DNA of 64,000 bases, taken from positions 388,306,001 to 388,370,000 of the forward strand of contig NC_067399.1 in NCBI RefSeq assembly GCF_016432865.1, in the 5' to 3' direction. This document shows, piece after piece, positions 22,130-34,125 of this stretch (its first letter is position 1; every line of letters starts with the position of its first letter). The notes under the pieces were generated by a model. That model had not been told where the DNA came from. It made no database searches and saw only the letters and a program-made list of their open reading frames with translations. This DNA is from Antechinus flavipes (Eukaryota). The position numbers were made by a program, and so were the translations under genes.

Positions 22130-23090
22130 GTGTCTCTATATATTTCCATCACCCTAGAGTCTCTTGAGTCACCATCACCCAATTGCTTTTTGGACATTTT
22201 AAATTAGATGTTCTAAAGACATCTCAAACTTAAAATGTCTAAAACAGAGCTCATTATCAAGATTCCTCAAACCTCTCTTCTCCCTAACTCCCTTATTACT
22301 TCTAAGGGTTCTACCACTCTTCCAGTCACATAGATAGGCCCACAGTGTCATCATCAAATCCTCACTTGCACTTGTCATTAATTTATTGCCAAATCTTATA
22401 GCTTATACAATATCACACTACCTCTCACAGAAGTCCCCTTTTCTCCACTCTTACAACTTCCATCCTAGTTTATTGTCAATTCATTGTCAACTTCTCTTAG
22501 ACTCTTAGTATTTTAATTGTTTTCTCTGATTCTCCTTACTCCAATTCATCCTTCACTTAGTGCACAAGGAGATCAAAAAATAGATTTGACCATGTCAACA
22601 CTCTCCCCCCCCAATAAATGCCAATGGCTCCCTATTGCCTTAGGATGAAATATAAACTTTTGTCATTCAAAGTTCTCCATAACCTAATCCTTTCCTATCC
22701 CTTTGTCTCCTTATACTTAATCACCAAGAGAGTTCTATAACTCCATGCCCTCTTTACTTTTCAGGTCTCTTAATCTCTCAAATTTCCTCTGTTCCTGTAC
22801 GAGTTACCTCAAACCCCATCTTCTGCAAGAGGCTTTCCTGATCCTGACATACTTAGTTGAGATTACCTTCCAGCTATCCTGTATATGTTTAAATATATAT
22901 GTAGAGGGGCATATACATAGACACATATTTACATATATTGTATGTGTGTAGTTATTGTCTCTACCCCACTCCCAATTAAAATAAGATCTTTTTGAAGGCA
23001 GGGACTGTGTGTCTGCCTAACCCCAGCGCTTAAAGCACTGGCTGTACACAGGAGCTTCATAAAAGCTAATTGATTGACTGATTGACAAAG
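22130..23090 (+). mobile_element. L2 LINE 3' region
   Basis: catctcaaacttaaaatgtctaaaacagagctc...ctgcaagaggctttcctga...gaaggcagggactgtgt...taattgattgactgatt terminus. Confidence 0.7.
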
Positions 23091-23329
23091 CACAAAGAAG
23101 GTGCTGACTGACTTTAATATAGAGGATTTCCATACTAATGGGCTAAAATGAAATTCTTCATTCAAGGCCCTATTCCTGTCCGGAAAAAGTGAGATAAAAC
23201 ATATCATCATGGACAGGGATGACTGTGGGTGACAGACAGCTCCAGGCAGTGTGGGAGGCGCACAGTATGTTGGGTAGATGGCCTGAACTAGACGCTGTGA
23301 GCATCTCAGGATAAAATGGGGGAATGGAG

Positions 23330-24180
23330 AGGCGTGGGTGGAGCTCCGCCCTCCTGCAGAGTCCCCAAGACGAAGAGATCCAGACTCAACTGTAAATAGG
23401 AGGGTCAAGGAGGAGAACGACGAGCTGGAGGCTAGGGCATAGAGAGCTTTGGGGAGGGGCTGTTCTGAAGGATAGCGGGGTACACCGAGGCGCTGGGTGA
23501 GTCCCTTGCCGCAGTGCCCGAAAGGCTGGTCCATTCCAGGGAAAGATTCTCAGGCAGTTGCCTTGACAACGAGATGTAATACTATTGGTCACACCCCTGC
23601 CGACATAAGAGTAGGGCAACTCGGTCCGCCTCCTGTTCCGCCCCCGCGCCATCCTTACGCAGATAGGCCCCGCTCCGCCCCCGACCTTTACGTTAAACCC
23701 CGCCCCATCCCATTGTGACATTTGGTAGGCCCCGCCCCCTGCCTATAGGGGCTCGCACCGTGCTTTTCAGCCGGTGGATCACTTGCTCTTGAGACCCAAT
23801 TACGTCGCGAAGTTGTTGGAAGGCGAAAGAGAATATATTCTCCTCTTCCAGGGAATTCTTAGAAGCCTCCGCCATCTTCCGCCCCTACCTCCAGTTCGTT
23901 AGAAATGGCTGCCTTTTGATTCCTTGTCCTTCCTGAGCCAATCAAAGAGCTGACCATCTAACGCCGAGAATCATAGCATCCGGGGCGGGTCCTCAGCCCT
24001 ACCAACAAGTCTTGGAGCACCATCTGCTCAGAAAGAAGTCTCGCGGGAGGATTTTCAAGGCTGTGAATGTGACAAAACCAGAGAGAGCCACTTGCTGTGA
24101 ATGATGAGGCTGCGGGCTGCAGAGGGCACAGAAGACGCGGCTACTGTCTTCACCCCGCCATGATAAGCAGTGTCATTCTG
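23330..24180. promoter_or_regulatory. SPATA24 CpG-island promoter and intron-1 regulatory region
   Basis: CpG-rich; X-box GTTGCCTTGACAAC 23557-23570; GC boxes; YY1 CCGCCATCTT 23869-23878; CCAAT 23938-23942; TCTCGCGGGA 24039-24048. Confidence 0.8.
23759..23875 (-). CDS. SPATA24: SPATA24 exon 1 coding part (117 nt)
   Basis: GGAAG ATG GCG; MAEASKNSLEEENIFSFAFQQLRDVIGSQEQVIHRLKST|gtgcga. Confidence 0.93.
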
Positions 24181-24706
24181 ACGCTGTTTGCTCAAAATAC
24201 ATCTTCACTTCAGTCTCCAAATCCATGTTTTCCTTTTTTTTTTTTTTTTTTTTTTTTTTCTGGTTGCCCTGATGAAGTCCTATAAAAAGCCCCAAACAAT
24301 TATAGGAAGATAGGAAGTTTCCAGTTCGTTATAATGGCAAGGATCTTCAGGAAGGAGAATTGAATCTGGTCTTTTGACTCCACTATAGTATAGCTGGGAG
24401 GGATTGTTGATAAATCCTTCAATGGCATGAATGATGGATATGATTTAGGTAAGAAGCCGAGAACTCTAGCCCAATTTGTATATATTGTTGCCACCAACTA
24501 GCTTTTAAATATGCTCAGAATTCTCCAAAAGAAAAACAAAATAGCATCCTATTCTCATGCAGAGCCACAAATAGTATAGGACCATAAGGTTTTGTCCCAG
24601 AGCACAGCTCATCTGGGAGCAGCAGCATTTGTTCTTTATGCTGCTCAATTTCATCTTCCTCAGCCTTTACACCAACGTCCAGGTTCCCCCTTCCTGTGAT
24701 GGCTTC

Positions 24707-27700
24707 CTAGCGCTGCCTTTCCCTCCGAGCAATGGCATGAAGGGCTGAATTTTTGGGGGGACATACTGTGGCCATTTTCCAGTTTAATTGAGAACTGTCC
24801 TCTGCCATTATCCATCTTATTTCCCAAATGAATTTGTCTTAAGCATAATATTTTCTAATTCTCCCCCCATGTAAACCTATAGTGCACTTGACCGGCTCTA
24901 ATGTGGGATTTTTCTTTTTGACTGGTGAAATTAAAGTCATAATAGAGCCAGAGGAAGGTATCTAAAAATCCCACCATTTTCTTCAGAAGAAAAGTGGGTT
25001 GTAGTGAACTGACATAAATACAGACTAGAAATAACAGAATTTTTCAATCTGTAAGGGTTAAAAAAGAGGGAATATAATTAAAATCTAAAAAGATGGAACT
25101 CCATTTTGCCTAGCTGTTAATTGACATAGCCCTATTTGTCATAGTGTGAAATAGTAGGATGAAAAAACAGTAAATTTAGGATACAAAAAATACATGAAAC
25201 CAAGTCTTTCTTCAGACTGCAGAAAATTTGTCTAGCAAATATAGGAGGAGCTGACTAGCATTCAAGCCCCTTTACATAATAATCCTGCTTCATATTACTT
25301 GTTCATCTTTATCGCATACTCTCCTCTACAAAGCTCTATATTCAAATAACTGGTTTACTTTCTATTCCCTGTTGTCCTACTTCCCCTCCCCCCCTTTCCT
25401 TGATTTTACCTATTCCTAGATTTGTTGCCATGTCTGTTGTACCTTGTCTTAATGTCCATCTCAGGTCTTGATCGCTCCTCCATGAAGCCTTTCTGATAAA
25501 GAGGACCACCAGCTTGTCCCCCTGGGAAATAAATATACCCTGAGAACACTGTTGGCAACAGGGGTCTTTGGTCAAATAGACTTGTCTGATCCATTGTGGT
25601 AATACCTGAATGTGTAGTAGTACTTAAAATATTTCCAATCTTTAATTATTGGTCTGATTGTTTCATGTGTATACCTGCTTTCCCAGGGTGAAATTGATAA
25701 TTTGTCTCATTTTTCAATGGCTCCTTTCACTTTGCCTGACTATCCTTTGCTATTATTTTCTCATGTTATCACACAATTATTTATATGCATTTCCTTACAT
25801 CCAGACTATCCTGTAACTATTTTTAGAGAGGGACTTACATTCTTTTAACTTCACTTTTAGTACAGTGGTTTAGTGCCTTAACACAAGGCACTGCATGTTT
25901 TGTGAACTTCATTATTCCATGGGCAGAGGCCTCTTATTGGAAAAAATTATTCTGGGACAAATAAACTATTTGTTGCTTGATTCAGTAGGTCAATATTTAT
26001 TTGCCTATTACACTTGACTCAAGGTAGCATTAGAAATGGCCTGGCCATCTATGACTCCTAAAAGTAGTCATCAAAAGGTATGCATACAAGAGTATATCAG
26101 ACCTTGAAAGGAAATACAACTTGGGATTGTCTCTACTAGCAAAACAATTCAAATAGACAATTTGTTGCCTGATCCAGAACATCAATACTTACCTTAAAAA
26201 CATTTAATATCTCTGTCTTGTACTGGTCTCTGTAATTTGTGAATGTCCTTTGTCTTGAAAACAAGATCATGATTTCTCTGGAGAACAAGGAAAGTCTCCT
26301 ATTTTAACTTGTATCTCCTTCCATCGGTGGCTAGGTACAGGATGGACTTTTAGGAGGGGTTAAAAATGTCTATTGATCAACTGAGTTAGATAAATTCCTA
26401 GCAAGGAGCATATAACCCTCCCTTGCTTATGTAATTCACTTCTCATTCCTGATCAAGGAGTATATGCTTATATACATATACATACGTATATATGCATATA
26501 TTATGTGTGTATGTGTGTGTGTACCGTACACCTTCCAGTGTTATGACCACCACTGTGTTCTTTTTTGCATAGCCCCCACTACCATCTGGTATTTTGTGCC
26601 ATACTGTCTCCACTCATGTCTTATTCTTTCTGATATCTCATTGTGATCTGGAGGTAACCCTGGGTTCCTGAGAGTTATTATCAATTGAATCAAATGGCAG
26701 GTTCTAACAAGCTGGAAAAGTCCTGAAGGTTAGTTCAATGATAAAAAAAAAAGCACCTGCTATCCAGAGAACAGTATAGCTAAATATAGAAAAGTCAAAA
26801 GACTACTACACTAGATGAAGAATTTTTTGGCCATGGTGACTTTCAAAACGGATAAAAGAGAAAACTGCCTTCAGACCTGTGGGGTTCCCCTTCTACAGTG
26901 ACATTGAGGGAATGATAGAGGAGTCAAAGGTGTTAAAAATCACCTATTTCTTAAGACCATCTAACATATATTGATTTAATATGGCGCTAAAACAATTAAA
27001 TGTGAGATAGCTAAAACCAACAAGTTGATACCCTTCTAGCAGAACTAACCTGTTCCAAATTGACATTCTAAACACAAATGAAACAGAAGGAAATGAAGTT
27101 TCAGTCCAGTGGAAGGAGTGCTCATAGGTTCTCCTTGGAGACAATACAGATGAAGGAGTTGACATGGTTGTTTCACTGTGCACTCAAAATGATATCCAAA
27201 TCATTGCAAATTTTGTTTATATTCTAACCTAGTACCTGTCTTTGCCTACCATATCTATCTCTTTTCTAAGTGGTCCTGATACCCCTCTCTTTCCTTCAAG
27301 TGGTATTATGATGAATTTTGCAAATAGACTACACCAAGGAAAAATTATGGACCATGTGTCACCATTAATTTGTTGTAGAGAATGAAATTTTTAAAAATTC
27401 TATAAATGATTTGATCCTCCAAACTAAATAGGATCATCTGGTTCTAGTTCTGAGACTCAAGGATCCAGAGGTCCATTTCCCCAACTCATTTTTATAGATG
27501 AGGAAACCGAGGCTGCCCAATGAAGTTTAGTGACTTATCTAAGATGACAAAGCAAATAAACAACAAAAATTGGATTTCTACCCAGGCTCTCTTATATCAG
27601 GATCAATTCTTTCTTTGTATCACACTGCTTCTTCCTAAAATAATATATGTATATCTTAATTATTGGTGACTTTGATATAAAGATAGGAACAGAAGCAAGA

Positions 27701-30700
27701 TCAATGAAAAATCATGTCAGATAATTTGCTTTGAATCAAGAATAACAAAGCCAAAAGCTTATTTACTCAAAACCTGTATTAGTGGTAGAGGTCAGTAACA
27801 TACCACAATATACAGACATTTTGAATATTTTCTTTGAGATGAATATCAAAAATGCTGGATGATGAAGATTACTAAGATTACAAAAAACAATATCTGTATA
27901 AAGGAAATTACTAATTAACATAGCAGTCATTGTAGAATCAGATCAGATCGATGGGTCTAGGATTGGAAGAGACATCACAAGAGATCATTTAATCCAAATC
28001 ATTAATTTTATGGGTAGTTTAGGGACTTAACCATGGATTTGCTAAGTGATTTGGTCTTACATTCACACAGCTGGGATTTGAACCCAGTTCCCCTGAATCC
28101 AGAGCAAACACTTTTCTATGCCTCATTGTATCCTAAATGTCTGCTTTCAGAGCAAAAATCAAAACATTAGCAGAAAGGATAAAAATGAGAAACCCTATGG
28201 ATAGTTACAGCAGTATCAACTTAAACTGTTTAAGCAAGATAAAAGAAGGAAAATGACAAAAATGATACAATTACCAATTCAGAGAGAAGTTAAACTAATG
28301 CAAATAGTACTGACAAAGAGGGGGCTGAAGAAGCTCCAAAGTCATGTAAAGCAGTTAGCTCTTAGAAAAGAGATAGATATGGTAGGCAAAGACAGGTACT
28401 AGGTTAGAATATAAACAAAATTTGCAAACCACTTCAAGCTTTATCAAAACAGCAAAAATCAGCAGAGGGAAAAGACAAGTTTGTGTATGATTCCACAGGA
28501 GCACATGGAAATGAAGCTGAAAGGAAAATAGGTATGAAATATACATCACTATGGTTTTATACAGATTCATTCTAACCCAGTGATGCTGATGGAAACATCC
28601 TATTCAGCTCCACTACTCAAATTCTGAATGTACATGTGAAGAACTAGTCCATTCTAGTTTCCAGGACATTTAATTTTTGCTTGAGATTTTCCACAGTCCA
28701 AGATATTCTCTTTGCTATTCTTTGCTTTATAGTATTTTAGACCTCATTTCAGCTCTTCCAAGTACTCTTGTCATGACCTTTGTCACTAGGACATTTTTCT
28801 CAGAGGCTTTACCTTGAGTGTTGTGGGGTCTCTATGTTCATAGGATTTTGCCCCCTGGGTATCTCTTACATCAAGTTATTTTTTCCCCCATGTTTTTCTT
28901 TGCTCATTTTATCAGCTTAGTTGGAAAGTGGGTCAAGCTCTGAAAACTGAAAGATATGTGCAAAATCTGCCCTGATACTGAGTCTTGTGGCCAAACAAAA
29001 ATAGGTCCTCTTCCAAGGAACTCCAGGGCTACTATATGATTGGTGGGGAATCTCTTGCCATAAGGCTCAAGGACTACGCCCCCCCATCCCCCTACAATAA
29101 GCTTTGCTAGCGATCATTCTTCCTAGCTCAGCTCTTATTCCAGGACTCATCTACTACCTAGATCCTTCCTCCTTCCTCTAGGCTTGGACTGAGGATTCTT
29201 GCAGTCACAGATTTGCCTAAAATAATCCTTGGCTAGGATCTTTCTCTTGAAACTAGGTTTCCTCAGGATAGTCCTACACTTTGCTTTCCTGGATCTACTA
29301 TACTCTGACATATCAAGTAGCTATCAGAAGATTCCAGGGGTCTTCTGTGGATTCCTAGAACAGGTAGAGTAGTCTACAGATGATTCCCATTTATTTTTAA
29401 GACTAGTACATTTGTAAATACTGATTTTGGGGGGGGAAAGGGAAAGGATTTTGGCTTATGTCATAGCACACTTCTGAGATGGCAATGGTATTTAAGATGA
29501 AGTTCTGACACTGGAGATATTCTGAGCTAGAAATTACATAATTTTAAAAGTAACTCAAAGATCTAAAATTCAAACTGTGTCAAACGATTAAACAAAATAG
29601 AAAAGATTTTGGACAGTATGGGAGAGTAGCAACAGGCTAGAGTAATTTAAGCTTGGAATCAAGAAAGCCTGAGTTTATCAAATCCTGCCTCAGATATTGT
29701 GTGACCTTGGATTAGTCACAACTTCTCCCCATCCCTAAAATGTGAATAATGACAGTAGCATTTAGTTTATAGGATGATCAGGAAGTTCATGTGAAATAAT
29801 GAATTAAAACTAAACACTGTTTAAACTTGAAAAATACTATTGCAAATGATCGTTACAATAAAGTGCCTGAGAAGACCCTGCCCAAGACAACTACCTATCT
29901 TTTATCAGTATAAATTATTTATAAGCATGGTTAAGCAAACAAATCAAAATCATTCTTTATGAAAACACAAAAATGGAACTGGCAACATTTTTAAAAGATA
30001 ATTTTCTTATGACAAAACATCTTTCACAGCTTAGAGATATATTCTAACAGATCTCAGTGTGGCTTTTGTTGATTTGGTTAAAATAATGCTACCTTTAAAA
30101 AAAAAAAAAAAGCTCCCCTCAAACAACACATATCTTCCACACATGTTAAAATCATAAAGAATTCTATGGCAAATGCAACTTCAGAGTACTTTGGTTCAAT
30201 GATACAGCAAGTATGTTATGAATCTCATCATCATCATCTAAGGTAAAAAAGGCTATGACCATTTAGGGTATTTGCCATTATCACAGAAGAGAGCTAGCTA
30301 TATATAATGAACAATACAGGGCCTTCTCACTAAGAAAATCATTTGAAAAAGTCAAAGCTTTTATTTGAAACCTTTTAAAATATTAATTGGTTAGTCTAGC
30401 CATCCATGCTTTTAAAAAAGTGGCTAAAATATTCATGTTGGTCAGATTTGACAAGGAGTGTATGTATGAATAGCCCATTAATTAAGTCCATGTATATAAA
30501 TGTGTGTGCATAACAGGTGTGTAGGTGGATCCCAGGATGGCCTTAGAAAAGAACTTGGACTATATTTAAATGATCCATCAGCATGCTGCAATGATCTCAA
30601 TTTAGCTTAGCTGTCATGAAATAAACTATCTTTGAAAAATAAAACAAAACCCATCTTTTTAAACAATAATACTCTGCAAGTGAGTCATACTATATAACTG

Positions 30701-32221
30701 TGAATCAGTAACACTATGATCTCAAAAAGAATCCAAGTTACAGGAATGAATAGTTTAAGAAAGCTAAAACATATTACCAATGAAGACTTGCACACAATTA
30801 CAATAAAAGGCATTATACCAAGGATGTATATGACCAAAATAAGAGGTTAGATCTGTCAATATAGAAAGGTATAAATTCATCATGTGAAATATGTATTTCT
30901 AAAAATTAGCTGTCATTTCTTTTTCAAGGCTTCACTATCTGAAATATTAAAACAATCTTTAAAAAAATTCAGTGAGTTGGGTAGATCCTTTAGACTATAT
31001 AAAAACAGAAAGATTACATAAGATTAAAAAAAAAAGGTTATGATCTGCATTTGTGAAGGGAATATCTCATACTACTGAAAATCCCAAATCCATTACAGCA
31101 TCATATTATACCTTCTGGGAAATCATTTCAATTCAACTGACTTTCTGCTTTCTATTTACTTACCTGGGCCAAAAACTTAGACAGCACTGTTCCCCAGCAG
31201 CCTGTGTGACCAGGGGGGAGTGGTGAGCAAGGAAGAAACCTATTCCCGTATCCCCTGCACGCCAGTGTGGTTATACAGTATTATACCTAGTCTGATGGGA
31301 GGGAAGAGGGTGTCTCACAAACACTCAATTTCATGCATCACAACACATATCTTTACTGGCCAATCACAGCTCTAGGCAACATAACATCACAAAACAAGGA
31401 TATGATGTAATAATACTACTTGGGTATTATTGAGTTGGCAGTGTATCTGTATAGGGATGCCTAACTTCTAGAGGCAGTTGTGGTTTAAGAAGAAAGAATA
31501 GCAGATTTGTAGTCAGATCTGAGTTTAAATCTTGGCTCTGCTGCTTACTAAAGGTATGACCTCAGACAATCACCTAACCTTATAAGGTGCCCTGTTTCCT
31601 CATTTATAAAATGGGGATTAAAATATCTGTAATGCCAGTTTCAAGGGTGTTATGATCATATGTCAACAAATCAATAAAGCTTTATTAAGTATCTACTATG
31701 TGTCAAACACTAAAGTAAATTCATAAAGTATTAATGTAAAGCATTTTGCAAACATGCTGGTTATAGTAAAAACTGCATCTTCTCTAGTTACTGTTTGAAT
31801 TTCTATACATGTTCTTGAGATGAAAGGAAATCAACTCATTAATATCCAAGGCACAATTTACTGATGTTTTCATTCCACCAGCCTCCTACCAAAAAAAATT
31901 AATATGTTTTATAGTGACCTTCTCCTATCTTCTTTAAATAATGGGTACTATGAATATCCTTTACACAGCTGTAGCTTAATAAAAGTCCAGTCATACTATG
32001 TACTATATTTTTAGAGCAAGACTTTCCTCAATATTGGCCCATTGGGAATGAGTCCAAATTCTCTGAATAAGGGAGTTGGGATGACATTGATTTACTGATG
32101 TTAAATATAGTTTTGATGTGCAGATAGGTTGCAAATGACTAATGAGCTACAGCAGCTGCTAGTTGATAGAAAAACTCAATAAAGAATAGGTGATTCTACT
32201 AATACTGATACTGCTATATTA

Positions 32222-32255
<34 letters not shown>

Positions 32256-34125
32256 AGCCAATAAAGGATAATTGAAATGAAAGTCAGCAAATTCCTTACT
32301 TCTAAGTGCCACCAAAGGGTGCCTAAAAATGCCACAAAGAAAGAAAAAAAAGAGTAAGAAGAATAAAAAAGATGAAGTGTAGAGCCATTAATTATTTCTA
32401 TGAAAGCCTTTTATTTTTCTTTATTAAAATGTACTTCATCCCTAAGAACTTAGTGTGATCCAGATGCAACCAATTAAGATGAAAGTGACTAGATTTTTCA
32501 AAATTTTTATCCTACAACATATAACACATGTGTATATATGACTACAGTCATCCCTAGACTTTACCAGTTTCACATTCAAGATTTTGATTATTCAGGGGTT
32601 ATCCATGGATAAACAAATGAAAATTTTTGGAGATTTGAATATACTGCAAAAAATCAAAGGCAGAATACATAAGAAAACAAAATTTAGTAAGTTATAAATA
32701 CTAAAATATTGTATGTTATTAATCTATTTCATAATTTACTATCATAAACATACATACATATAATTTACTGTAAGCAGTTAAATTTTTAAGTTTCAGTGTA
32801 GTAAAGAACCATGGACTACTCACTGTCTTTGGGAATGCATTCTCTTTGTCTCTACCATCCAGACTTGGTCACATGATTTTTTCTCACTGTGATCCTTCTA
32901 TCTTGCCCCTTTCATAGAAGGAAATCATGAAGCATCTGCTACAACTATATTGTGGTTGTGAAGACTCTGGATAATGCAGAAGATACTAATCTCTGTCTAG
33001 TAGAATCTGCAATGTTTTTATGGGTGCAATGTATTAATTACCTTTTTTTGTTAAATAAATATGATCAGAATGATTAAAAATAAAGGTTTGGGTGGAGCCT
33101 CAGTTATTCATAGTTTTCCACATTTGTTGGGGTCCTGCACCTTTAACCCTAGTGAATGTCGAGGGACAACTATATGTGTAAAGGAAGCAATGGAAACAAT
33201 ATAAAGGCAACAACACTAAAAAGGCAAACTCTGATTAAATATAATGACCAATCTCAGACATCCAAAAGATCACAATGATCATCTTCTCAATATAGAAGTC
33301 TAAAGATGTAGATATAATCTCTGTGTCAATTTTTTTATGTGCATTTTTTTTAATTATGAGGGAGAATTCAGTAAAAGAAAAAAATGATTATGGGGTAAAA
33401 ACAAAAGGCAACAGTAAAAAAAAAAAAAAAACTTCTAAAGGAAGATTAAAAATTAAAAAAACAACTTTGAGCTGATTTGGTCTCTGTGAACTTCACTTCA
33501 ACCAGGTAATTATGTTGAGAGCATTCATAACTTTAATTCCAAACATTTTACAGAGGCACATCCCAATGGCACAATCAATTTTTAAAGAACGGGCAAACAG
33601 TTACTAATAATATTTCTTTGCTAGAGTAAATACAATGCAGGCTTAAAAATCTTAAACCAACACTAATGCTACTCTCAGAAAACAAAATGCTTGGATGCTA
33701 AGTTGGCATATTAAATGAACAGTGAGTCTAAAACAAATTCAAAACAAACTACAGTTCCCGGAAGGTGTTACAGCATGCATAGACAGAGAGTTTTGATGTT
33801 CAGCCACAGTTTTAATGAAAGAATATGTTTCCGTATTTAGGATATATTCCCATAATAGTCACTGAGGAAGTAAGTATTTCTTTTGTTTCATGACCATTAA
33901 AATAGAGTTTACCTCAGTTGCTGAGTGCTTCTTATATATTGGTGTGTTTAGGATTCAATGCAGTTCCCGACAGGTCAAGAAACAAAAGCCTTATTCAGTG
34001 ACCCTCCTCACCTGGTCCCTTCTATCAAGCAGGTGATCATGAACAAAGTCAGTAGGTCTTAGTTTTGGCCTCATGGGCACCTTTTCAGCAAAGGTGACTT
34101 TTCTCTTTCCGAGATGTGAATTCCT
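24707..34125 (-). CDS. Candidate unrecognised multi-exon gene: join(34125..34012,31201..31164,27175..27050,26277..26193,25605..25410,24837..24707); alternative last acceptor at 24921
   Basis: GT-AG exon-like units with phase-compatible open frames, giving 229 open codons (175 aa from the ATG at 27165). No homologue recognised and no poly(A) signal found, so it may be a lncRNA or pseudogene. Confidence 0.35.
27204..28427. repeat. Perfect 67-bp inverted repeat, arms 27204-27270 and 28361-28427
   Basis: The reverse complement of 27204-27270 is identical to 28361-28427 (cttagaaaag...aaaatttgcaa). Confidence 0.97.
28620..28960 (-). mobile_element. Possible L1/HAL1 ORF1 relic
   Basis: Purine-rich minus strand with broken coiled-coil-like translation (QEYLEELK*, VENLKQKLNVLETRMD*). 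Confidence 0.35.
32223..32254. repeat. A32 homopolymer
   Basis: Read directly. Confidence 0.95.
32545..33172. mobile_element. Tigger/pogo-type non-autonomous DNA transposon
   Basis: TA-flanked degenerate TIRs CAGTCATCCCTAGACTTT (left) and TAGTTGTCCCTCGACATT (right, reverse strand). Confidence 0.6.

Larger units (their letters stand above)
10599..23875 (-). other. SPATA24: SPATA24 gene span: join(23875..23759,17061..16996,16733..16603,16504..16434,10978..10876,10728..10599) = 618 nt, 205 aa
   Basis: Six GT-AG exons splice in phase to a coiled-coil protein matching recalled SPATA24 (QLRDVIGSQE, EEKFVSKEE, KLQFALGEVEVLSKQLE, EIESHIIKQEDILNGKENEIKELQ, SDFRIQKQQENYMAQVLD). Confidence 0.96.

Noticed and set aside
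22929-23721. 111-201 aa ORFs in SPATA24 intron 1
   Set aside because: GC-rich island plus L2 sequence; no coding signature or splice context.
24306-24448. Plus-strand exon-like unit with AG|gtaaga donor
   Set aside because: Stops in all three frames and a weak acceptor; at most part of a divergent non-coding transcript.
28430-28516. Strong minus-strand acceptor at 28516 as an extra exon of the candidate gene
   Set aside because: Stop in the required frame, and the donor is weak or overlapped by the 67-bp arm.
28813-28939. Minus-strand unit with good splice signals
   Set aside because: Stops in all frames; probably LINE ORF1-derived.
31202-31220. CTCF-like GACCAGGGGGGAG
   Set aside because: Mismatches at key C positions of the core motif.
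32223-32254. Orphan A32 tract as a retrogene tail
   Set aside because: No recognisable element body or TSD on either side.
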